Shown piece by piece: positions 1 through 11,221 of a stretch of 64,000 bases of DNA; positions within the stretch are counted from its first letter, which is position 1, and each line of letters starts with the position of its first letter. Both the position numbers and the translations under genes were made by a program. Under the pieces are notes generated by a model. It ran no database searches. It saw only the letters and a program-made list of their open reading frames with translations, and was not told the DNA's origin. The DNA comes from Octopus sinensis (Eukaryota), in NCBI RefSeq assembly GCF_006345805.1, contig NC_043005.1, forward strand, positions 92,194,001 through 92,258,000, given 5' to 3'.

Positions 1-755
1 TCTCACACACACACAAACTCTCTCTCTCTCACACACAAACTCTCTCTCTCACACACACAAACTCTCTCTCACACACACAAACTCTCTCTCTCACACACAT
101 AAACTCACTCTCACACACACAAACTCTCTCTCTCACACACACAAACTCTCTCTCTCACACACACAAACTCACTCTCACACACACAAACTCTCTCTCTCAC
201 ACACACAAACTCTCTCTCTCACACACACAAACTCTCTCTCTCACACAAACAAACTCTCTCTCTCACACACACAAACTCTCTCTCTCACACACACAAACTC
301 TCTCTCTCACACACAAACTCTCTCTCACACACACAAACTCTCTCTCTCTCACACACAAACTCTCTCTCTCACACACACAAACTCTCTCTCTCACACACAC
401 AAACTCTCTCTCACACACACAAACTCACTCTCACACACACAAACTCTCTCTCTCACACAAACAAACTCTCTCTCACACACACAAACTCTCTCTCTCACAC
501 ACACAAACTCTCTCTCTCACACACACAAACTCACGCTCACACACACAAACTCTCTCTCTCACACACACAAACTCTCTCTCTCACACATACAAACTCTCTC
601 TCTCACACACAAACTCTCTCTCACACACACAAACTCTCTCTCTCACACACACAAACTCTCTCTCTCACACACACAAACTCTCTCTCTCACAAACACAAAC
701 TCTCTCTCTCACACACACAAACTGTCTCTCTCTCACACACAAACTCTTTCTCATG
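1..755. repeat. Compound (CA)n-AA-(CT)n minisatellite, about 20-22 bp unit
   Basis: Reiterated cacacacaaactctctctct; runs off the window start. Confidence 0.95.
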
Positions 756-1818
756 CACACACATACAGAGTAAATAATATTTGCATTTGAAATTACTTTT
801 TATTTTGATATTAATTAAACCTTGTCACTGTAATCACTTAAAATATGCAAATGCAATTACATTCACTTTTGCTGTATTTCTTGACATTATTGCATACTGT
901 GAAGTGTCAAAGTTTAGGCAAACATTTACAATTGGTTCATTGACATATCCTCGTAGTCAGATCATAGATACACAGCACAACTTTTTGACATTCAGCCCTT
1001 TAGTATTTGAATAGAAAATACCCAGTCGAAACATTCTACCTGTTTTATGTTCAAAGATACAAAATTAATTCAAAACATGTGAAAGAACAAGCATTACTTT
1101 TGACAATGCCAAAGTGTCAACAGTGCTGTATTTTCCTGCCTACAAGTCAATAATATAAAGTGTACACATTCAAACATTATCTTTACCTTTCAAAATCCTG
1201 CTGCATTTCTCATGAAACTTTTGGTCCCCCTAGGTTGTCTTGGTGTATAAGTCAACCTACCTTTTTTGGTTGTAAAGTTTGGTCTGAAAATTTGACTTTT
1301 ATGCTAGAATATATGGCATACAAAAAGTGAATGTAATTGTACATAAGTGTTTTAAAATGACTGCCACGTTATTTCTGTGTCATGGTCTTAATTATAAATT
1401 TGTTTGGAAACTCAAAAATATTTTCCTTATTTCCTGTGTGCAAAAATCATTACTAACATGTATACTATAACTATTGATAATCATTGATTTCTAACATTTG
1501 TAGAAGACCTCAAATCTCAGCAATGGGTATAGGTGATTAAATATCAAAGCAGTATTTGACTAGTACTGCTACTTCTATTTTATTTTATAGACCCTGGAAG
1601 GATGAATGGTTAAGTTTATTCTAACATTATTTGATTTCAAAAATATGCAATGACTAACTAGATATTGTAAAGCATTTGGTCACATTTCTCTTTTTAGACA
1701 ATTTCACCTCCCTAATCTCGTGACTGAGTACTTTTTAATAACTAGAGAACAATATAATATAATACACTAAAAGAAACCATGGGAGTACATGTCATATCAA
1801 TCAATTTGAGTTCTGTAC

Positions 1819-1882
<64 letters not shown>

Positions 1883-1904
1883 CATGCTTCTGTTAATGTT
1901 ATTA

Positions 1905-2090
1905 AACGAGGCACAGGGATAGCTATTTTGTAAGAAGTTTGCTTCTCAACCACATGGTTCTGGGTTCAGCCCCACAGCATGGCACCTTAGGCAAGTGTCT
2001 TCTATTATAGCACTGGGTCAACCAAAGTCTTGTGGGTGGATTTGATAAGTAGAAACTGAAAGAAGTCCATTGTGTATGTGTGTGTGTATA
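1905..2090 (+). mobile_element. tRNA-derived SINE family A (5' half)
   Basis: gtaagaagtttgcttc..ggttctgggttcag..ggcaccttaggcaagtgtcttc..aactgaaagaagtcc. Related copies at about 3285-3428, 13915-14085, 34660-34800 and 34907-35065. Confidence 0.75.
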
Positions 2091-2334
2091 TATATATATA
2101 CACTGGCGAAAATAAATTTAAGACCAATGCTAAAAGTTCTATTTCTTACAAAATATTTTGTTACTAACACCATATAAATTATTTTTGTGATATTTTTGAT
2201 AATTTACTATATGTTTTGCTTTTGAGAGCTGAGTAAAATATGCAAACATAATTATTGCAAATAAACAAGTTAATTTAATTTGTTAGAAACTTGACAAATG
2301 CTAACCAAAAAACATCCTTTACTTCCTACAAGTA

Positions 2335-3038
2335 CATCATCATCATCATCATCATCATCATCGTTTAATGTCTGTTTTCCATGCTAGCATAGGTTGGACG
2401 GTTCGACCGGGGTCTGAGAAGCCAGGAGGTTGCACCAGGCTCTAGTCTGATCTGGCAGTGTTTCTACAGTTGGATGCCCTTCCTAATGCCAACCACTCCG
2501 TGAGTGGAGTAGGTGCTTTTTACATGTCACCGGCACAGGTGCCAGGCGAGGCTGGCAATGGCCACAACCGGTTGGTGCTTTTTACATGCCACCGGCACGG
2601 AGGCCAGTCAAGGCAGCACTGGCAACACCCATGTTCGGATGGTGCTTTTTACATGCCACCGGCACTGGTATCACAGCTACAATTTCCATTGATTTTTTTG
2701 ATTGATTTCGATTTCACTTGCCTCAACAGGTCTTCACAAGCAGAGTTTTGTGTCCAAAGAAGGAAAGGTATGCATAAATGGACTGGCTACATCCCAGGTA
2801 AAGGCCACGGGTTATGGTCTCACGCACAGCATACTTCCAAAGGTCTCGGTCACTAGTCATTGCCTTGGTGAGACCTAATGTTTGAAGGTCGTGCTTCACC
2901 ACTTCGTCCCAGGTTTTCCTGGATCTACCTCTTCCACAGGTTCCCTCAACTGCTAGGGTGTGGCACTTTTTCACACAGCTATCTTCATCCATTCTTGCCA
3001 CGTGACCATACCAGTGCAATCGTCTCTCTTGCACACCA
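2335..3038 (-). mobile_element. RTE-clade LINE, 5'-truncated (ORF C-terminus, 3'UTR, (ATG)n tail)
   Basis: RRLHWYGHVARM...GRGRSRKTW...DRDLWK on the minus strand; same 3'UTR as the 59937 and 46690 copies. Confidence 0.9.
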
Positions 3039-3928
3039 TAAGCTATAAATTGAAAAGTAGAGGAGTGCCTTCACCCTGTGTACCCCACCCACCTTTCATC
3101 GCTATACACACATTTTTGAAGGCACAAAACCACTGGACAAGTTATTGGCAGGTGAATTGACATCACCATTCATAGTTCAACTATTTTCAGAGATGTGCAA
3201 ATGTAAATAAACACTCACACAAACTCACACACACACACACACGGTGTACGTGTGTGCATCTGTGTGTGTATGTGTTATGAATTTCTTTCAGTTTCCATCA
3301 ACCCAAATCTACTTACAACACTTTGGTTGGTCAAGGACTATAAGAGAAGGCCCCAAGTTGCTATGCAGTAGGATTGAACTTGAAACCTTGTGGTTGGGAA
3401 GAAAACTTATCAAATGCACAGCTATGCATTGGAGAACTGTAGTGGATTATAAACTTGAATATCAATGATATACTGACCAGGTACAAAATCTATTTCTGTA
3501 AAGAGAAATGAAATATGGCTGTAGAACTTGAATCCAGCATATTACTGATTTTGACCCTGGAGAGATGATTTTGGAACCACAAGACAACAAAATTAGATTC
3601 ACGACTCTCTGACATTCTACTTCAATATCTTGTAATTTTTATCAAATGTTAAAACACCCTTATCTACATCATTACAACCGCACTGTCTTAATGTATTTGG
3701 CTGAAAATAATTTCTACTGCTTACATTTTAAACAGTCAAATTAAAAACTATATTTCAATATAGTTGTTAAATGGAAAAAAAAAATTATTTAATGATATTT
3801 TGTGTTGAAATTCATAAATGCTTTGATTCAATTGAAAAATTTTTTTACTTTGTGTTCGCAAAATAAACTAAGACTTCTTTTCTATTCAGAATATATTTTT
3901 TCCCTTAAAATAAGTTTCATTTGCTTCT

Positions 3929-4396
3929 CATCATCATTGTTCGACCGTGGTCGAGACAATGGAATTTACTATGTGACACCAGACCTCACAGTCCATCATA
4001 GCATTACGGAGGTCCTGTTGCTGGATGCCTGTATCCCTAGAGATTACCTCAAGGTAGGAGAGTGTGGCACCCTCTGGTATCACGAGCAGATGGCTTCCAA
4101 AGGAGAAGAGTAGAAATTACCTCGTTTTCAGCTCTACAACAATGTCCAGCAAACTGGACTCTTTTACCTTTCACAAGAGATGATACAGGTGGTAATTTCC
4201 CATACATTTGTACTTTGGTTGGATGAGAGATTTTGAGCTCTCATAAGGAGGTGAGTGTAAGTTCCATCCAACCGCCTCTCAAGCTTCTTTGATAACGTCC
4301 AGGTTTCTGAGCCATATAGTAGAATTGGTTCGACTGTGACTGAAGATTTTAAGTTTGAAATCTCTACTTAGATTTGATGACCAGATCTTATGCATA
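3929..4396 (-). mobile_element. Second RTE-like LINE family, 5'-truncated, with 12-bp TSD
   Basis: Minus strand reads ..KIWSSNLSRDFKLKIF..VQFAGHCCRAENEVIS..QDLRNAMMD..STTVEQ* plus an ATG tail. TCATTTGCTTCT occurs at 3917-3928 and 4397-4408. Confidence 0.88.
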
Positions 4397-4734
4397 TCAT
4401 TTGCTTCTTGAGACAGTTGGTTAAACATATGGATTAAGTACCATAAATTTTTCATCATCATCAATTGTATTTATTATAATATTCCTATATTGCTTATCAT
4501 CATTGTCACCATCTTGGCCATCTTTTGTTTTGGTCTGAACCCTTATTGTCAATCAGGGTCGGAAAACAGTCTGGCATAAGAAACTGCATTCTTTAAATCC
4601 CTAATATGTAGGAGTAGCAAATATCAATGCCAAGAGGAAACTTTAGAATCCCAACCTGCTATCATAAGGATGATCACATAAGAGTTTGTAGCCCAAATTA
4701 ATGAGACATTTAGAGGGAAGAACAGTTACAATAT

Positions 4735-5455
4735 TTAATCAGGACATAAAACAGAACACACGATTAGGACACAGAGTTAAGACAGACATAAAGTCATGAC
4801 ATATAGTCAGATCATAAATTTATGATTAGAGTTAGGAGATATATTTAGGACACTTAGTTAGGATCTATAGTAAGGTAATCTATCTTGGACATAAAATCAG
4901 AACATATTTCTTGAATGTATAGTTAGAACATATAGTCAGGATACATAGTCTGGTTTACACACTTTTTTTTTCTCTCCTTGTTTTTTCTGTGTCCCTTTCT
5001 GTAGAAGAGCATAGGCTCGAAACGTAAAAGACTTTCTATTCCTGAGCATTATACTAATACATCTGTTATACATTGTTTTGTACACCACCTGTCTTCGTCT
5101 TTTGCTTTTTTCGTAAACTCTCCCTATATAATCATATCTGTAAAGAAATGTAGTTAAATAGTCAGGACATATAGTTGGGTTATATAGTCAAGGGAGGACA
5201 TATAGTTAAGATGGATAATCAGAACATATAGTCTAAACAGGTATATAGTCAGGGCATATAATCAGAGTATGTAGTCAGGTCATAGGGTCAGGACATATGT
5301 TCAGAACAACAAGTCAGGACAAATAACAGAGGTGTATACACAAGACATAGTCAGGACATGAATTTAGGACATATATTGAAGTTATATAGTCAGGTTAAAT
5401 AGCTAGAACATACAGTCAGGTTATATAATGAGGGTACACAGTTTATATGGTTAGC
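4735..5455. repeat. Degenerate minisatellite (GTCAGGACATATA-like, 13-14 bp unit) interrupted by a small element at about 4945-5130
   Basis: Recurring caggacatatagt variants. Confidence 0.75.
4945..5130 (+). mobile_element. Short dispersed element with hammerhead-like fold (Penelope-type, inferred)
   Basis: CTGTAGA-A-GAGC/GCTC-GAAACGTA. Related copies at about 15060-15215 (+) and 43088-43395 (-). Confidence 0.55.
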
Positions 5456-5579
5456 ACATACTCAGAGTGTTTTGTCAACCAATAACCATATTCCTATTTC
5501 CATATTTGAAATGAAATTAAATGAAATGTATACCTTTGTATGGACCAAAATCTGATAATTATATTTATTATATTTACAG

Positions 5580-5754
5580 TTGTGTCAGTAACCACACTCA
5601 TGGAAACATTACATACAACAGCACCAAAGATGAATGTCACCTTTATCCAAATAATGAGACAGGATTTAATACTACGGACAGAACTGAGGGAAGCATTGCC
5701 TGTAAATCTTGGGTCTATGACAAATCAGATTTTACGGCTACAGCTGCAACAGAC
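5580..5754 (+). CDS. SLC22: SLC22 paralog 1 exon (extracellular loop)
   Basis: tttacag acceptor, GTAACT donor; encodes [19 protein letters not shown]...[18 protein letters not shown] with five N-x-S/T sequons. Confidence 0.9.
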
Positions 5755-5770
5755 GTAACTATACTTTCTG

Positions 5771-5803
<33 letters not shown>

Positions 5804-8402
5804 TTAACGTCCGCTTTCCATACTAGCATGGGTTGGACAATTTTAACTGAGGGCTGGCGAATCAGATGGCCGCACCAGGCTCCAATCTTGATTTGGCAGA
5901 GTTTCTATAGCTGGATGCCCTTCCTAACGCCAACCACTCCAAGAGTGTAGTGGATGCTTTTTAATGTGCCACCAGCACGGGGGCCAGTCAGGCGGTACTG
6001 GCAACGACCTCACTCAAATCTTTTTACACATGCCACCGGCACAGGTGCCAGTAAGGCGACGTTGGTAACGATCATGTTCGAATGGTGCCCTTTTACGTGC
6101 CACCAGCACAGAGCCAGTTGGCTGCTATGGCAACAATCACGCTCGGATGGTGCTCTTGGCACCCTACTGCACGGGCACAAGTACCAGTAAGGCGACGCCG
6201 GTAACGATCACACTCGAATGGTGTTTTGTATTTTAGTTAACAGGGATGATAGCAGCTATGGAATAAACATCCTAGCATTTATACAATACATAGCATTTAT
6301 AACCCCTTCTACTGTAGGCACAAGACCTGAAGTTTTAGGTGAAGGGGATAATTAATTACATTGACCGGAGGTGGTAAACTGATACTTATTTCATCAACTC
6401 TGAAAGGGTGAAAGGCAAAGTCAACCTCAGCCGTGTTTGACCTCAGAATGTAAAGACGGAAAAAATGCCGCAAAGCATTGTGTCCGGTACACTAATGATT
6501 TTACCTGCTCACCACTTTCATAACATCTATATTGAGAGGAACAAAGGTAGATGAAATAAATGAGTAGAAGTAGGAGATAGTCTGCAAGTTGAGAACAGCA
6601 GATAATTTTATGTGTTTAAACTATCAACAAATAATTTATGGAAATAATGATAAAACACTATATTTATTAAATGTTTTTCAATGACACTTATTGTTATTTT
6701 CTTTTACAGATGAACTTCGTATGTGGAAATGCTGACCTGATTCCTCTCATAAATATGGTTTTAATGGGTGGAATTTTGGCTGCATCTTTATTTTTGGGAT
6801 TTCTTTCTGACTGGTATGTTTTAAGAAATTAATTTATTGTTCCATGTGTGGTAATCTTTATTGGGAAATGGAAATACTGTGGATGAATGAATGAATGAAT
6901 GGATGGACTGATGGATGGATGGACAGACAGATGGATGGACAGATGGACAGATTGATGGACAGGATCCGCATGGGTGGATGGATGGACGATTTTTTTTTTC
7001 AGGTGATGGTGCAGATTCAGTTATTTGATCAACTGAACTACTGGCTCATTGAATTTGAATGTATTTGGCTTTTTATTCAACAGACAACATGTACCCATAA
7101 TGCAATTCTCAAACAGAACCAGCACGACACAGTGTTAGTGACAAGGCTAAATAATCTGAATTGCAGGTACAATCCATGAGACAAGCTTCTATATACCTAA
7201 TTTCACTCACAAATTATGGGTTGATTTGAGGCTACAGAAAATAACATTTGCCACTGTGCTTTGGAATCAAGCCCTGGATCTCATGGCTGCCAAGTAAACT
7301 TCTTAACCATTTAACAATACCTATTTTTTTACTATCCACAAGGGGCTAAACACAGAGAGGACAAGCAAGGACAGACAAATGGATTAAGTCGATTGCCTCG
7401 ACCCCAGTGCGTAACTGGTACTTAATTTATCGACCCGAAAGGATGAAAAGCAAAGTCGACCTCAGAACGTAACGACAGACGAAATACCGTGAAGCATTTT
7501 GCCTGGCATGCTAACGTTTCTGCCAGCTCACTGCCTTAGTCTATACCATGTGATAAAAATCTTGTATGAAATGTTTGATTAATATTCCACTTTATTTTCC
7601 ATTTATTCTAGGAAAGGTCGCAAACCAGCTGAGATCATAGTTTTGGTTATTCAGGTTCTATGTACACTGCCACTCTACTTTATCCAAACCAGTGACCTCC
7701 TTATTTTCCTGAGATTCTTTGGAGGAGTATGTGTATTAGGTGCTTTTGTAGCAGTATACATAATTTGTGAGTAAAACAATCGCATTTTATTCAAAATTGT
7801 TTGTGCTGTTGTCATAAATAAGATTAGATTATCTTCTATAGGTTAAATATTAGAACTTTGTCTAATTAATTACCATTTCACATTTGGTTTTTATACCTTA
7901 TTTTAAAATTTAAAAAGCTTTAGTGTTTCTGTGTGTATATAAATATATATAATTTTTTTTTTTCAAAGGTCACAATACATGTATTAAGGGGCTACTAATA
8001 GTTTCATATGCTGAGAATTACTCAAACATATTCTTCAGGCACAAATCACACATAACAAATTAAAGAAATTGAATAAATGGAAGAAACACAATGAAGCTGA
8101 GAAGGCAGCATATATTTATTCAATTTCTTTAGTTTGTTATGATATGTGGTTTGTGCCTGAAGAATATGTTTGAGATATTTCTCAACATATGAAACTATTA
8201 GTGGCACTAAAAGACATGTATTGTGTCCTTTAAATAAATAATATTTATCTCTCACCAGATAGAGTAAACTTTTGTTGAATTTTCTATCATGGATTAGTAC
8301 AATATATATATATATATATATATATATTTAAAATATAAATTAGAGATAAAACCACTATTATGCAGCTCAAACAGTGATAGACATAAATCAATACATAAAT
8401 AA

Positions 8403-8439
<37 letters not shown>

Positions 8440-11182
8440 GAATTTTTTTAAATTTTATTTATTAATAATAGTTTTAATTTTTATTATTTTTATTTTATAT
8501 ATATATATATATGCACACATGACATCCCTTCCTCTATTTGTGTCCACTCACTACATTCCCCCATCCACCTCCCACTCCCCTGTCACAATCTTGCAAATTT
8601 ACCCACCCGTTCACCCTATCCAGTCCTTGGCTCCACTTCATTTACATATACCTCCTTGTAACTTGAGCATACAGGGTCTTGCAGATAAATTGAGACCAGT
8701 TTTAAGCAGTTGACTAAGACAGGGTTTAACATTTCAGTTTTTGACAAAAAAACCTTGCTTGCTTGAAAGTCTAATTTTTCAGGCAAATAGCAAACTGGCT
8801 CAACCACAGAAAGTCATAGAAAAAAACAGAATCATTCTACCATTGTTGTTTTGGTGCACACTGGGCACATTACCAATAAAATTGTTAAGTTGATGAAACT
8901 TCCAAAAAGCAGGAGTGGGATAGATTGATAGAAAGGAACAAAAGTGATGTCAAGTGCAATCCAAAGTCTCTTGCTGACCTCAAATGCTCAACTGAAGCCA
9001 ACCCATCCATGACAACTCTTGCAAAGAAATGCAATGTGTCCCTTTCCACAGTGTCCAGAGCTGTGAACAGGAACCTTGGCATGACTAGCTATGTTCGATG
9101 ATGTTGTCATCTCTTAACAGCCAACACCAAAGTAATCAGTTCAAAGTTTTCGTCATTCCTCAAGCATCGAAGTGCAGGAAAAACTCTCATGTGGATGCTG
9201 AGGTGAATTGCAGAAATTCTCGAATGATTACATACAACCCTTCTGATGCCCCCTGTGTTTGAGACTAAGAATCTTGCCTCTGTAACAGTGTTTTGAGCCA
9301 TGGCAAGTGATGAAAGTGTCATGGATCCACACTTCCTTGAGTCAAGCTTGAAGGTTGGCACAAAGTTGTATCTGGACATCCTGAAGAACTCTCTGTTATG
9401 TTGGGTGGAGCAGAATTTTGGGCTTGACAATGTGGTGCTTATCCAGGATTCTGCACCATGCCATGGCTCAAAAGCAACACAAGCCTTCTTTGGGAGAAGG
9501 TGCCATTTTTGTGAGGTCCAACATCAGGCCTAGTATTAGCCCAGATCTCAGCCTTCTCAATTACTTTTTATGGGGCATACTTCAAGCAAGGACCAATGCT
9601 TCACCACACTTGAGTGTCAACAGTTTGAAGACCTGCATTGTGCATGCAACATGCAAAATCAAAAAGGTGGAGATTGTGGCAGCTGCAAAAAAATTTCGTT
9701 CTCGTGTGGAGGCAGTAATTGCCCATAAGGGCAGCCATATTGAGTGATAAATGTTTTTGTTGTAATAAATGTCACATTAAAATTGTCTACTACCATTATT
9801 TTAGTATTTATAAACAGTTTTATGCATCGTAAAAATTGTCTCAATTTATCTACAAGAGCCTGTATACCCCATCACATCTTCACCTTCTTCTGTCTCTCTA
9901 CTCCCTCTTTCTCCTTTGTTCTTTTCTCTCCTCTCTGCCTCTGTTTCTCACCAACTGAGGTAGCAATGTCTCTCCTTTACTGCAACATATCTACTTTTTT
10001 GTACAGCTTCATTCAGGGTCTTTCAATCAGCTTGGCTTTTAAGTGAACTGAATTTAGTTCTTTATTGATTAGGGTTCAGGAGGAAGTGAGGAGAGGTTGT
10101 TTTCAATCTGAAATCTGATCTGTTTGTCAACTGGTTTACAAACTAACTGAGTTCAGTTCACTTAAAAGCCAAGCTGATTGAAAGACCCTGAATGAAGCGA
10201 CACAGAAAATTAAGCCCAGTTGCATAAGCAACTGCACATACCCTGTCCAATGGAAACACATGTCAGTCGTCATAACCATAAAAATATTCTGTATGACATT
10301 GTAAAATAAAAGGAAATAAATTTTGAGGATATACCAATCTCCATATTCTCTATCATTATAATTATTGCATATATACACTCCAGATAATATTACCATCCAG
10401 AAAAGTGAATGCCCATTGGAGGAATTTACAGTGTGCGTGACAACTCCTAGCAGTTATAGATGTTAAATACTAATCGATATGGTTAGCTGTAACTTGGAAC
10501 ACAATTGAGAGCTACCACAGCATCTGCCTGGATAATATATCCCTTTAAACTTATGATATATACCAAAGTAAGCACTTAAATGTGAAACATCATGAAAATA
10601 TCAAAAATTTTGTTACTCAGAGTTTCATGTTCCCATTTGTCAGACACTTTAGATTGAGAATAGAAGAAAATAAAGTTTGTATGTATAAGATATACAATTT
10701 TCATTGACAGATACACATTTGAAATTGGTTTCTTTTCATTGGTTCTTTCGACTAACAGTTTTTTCTAATCAATGATGATAGGTTTAAAATTGTATTATGT
10801 GAGATCAAAGAAAACCTTAAATCAAAATTTCAAAAATGACTGTAGTTAGAAGGAAAAAACATAAAATACCTAGAATAAATTGTATTAATGATAAAATAAG
10901 TTTGATTTAAAAAAAAATAAATGTAAGTCTATATTATAATAATATTCGCTTTCATAAATCAAACAGCCTAAAAATAAACACACATACATATCCTTAAATC
11001 CTTAAACATGTTTTAGCCCGAAGGCCATGGCCATGGTGGGGCACCATTACATATACACACTAAAAAACATAAGCATATGTACACTAAACATACAAACGCT
11101 AATCTATGCATAAATACATATCTACAAACATACACAGGCAAAATATGAATATATATATACTAATATATATATAGATAACAAT

Positions 11183-11221
<39 letters not shown>

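Noticed and set aside
2101-2330. Possible Tc1-like left terminus (TA-CACTGGCGAAAATAAATTTAAGACC)
   Set aside because: I found no matching right TIR or transposase; insufficient support
756-5579. Search for the first coding exon of paralog 1 (G-x-FG-x-YQ motif, phase-2 donor)
   Set aside because: I found no convincing match by eye; it is probably upstream of the window
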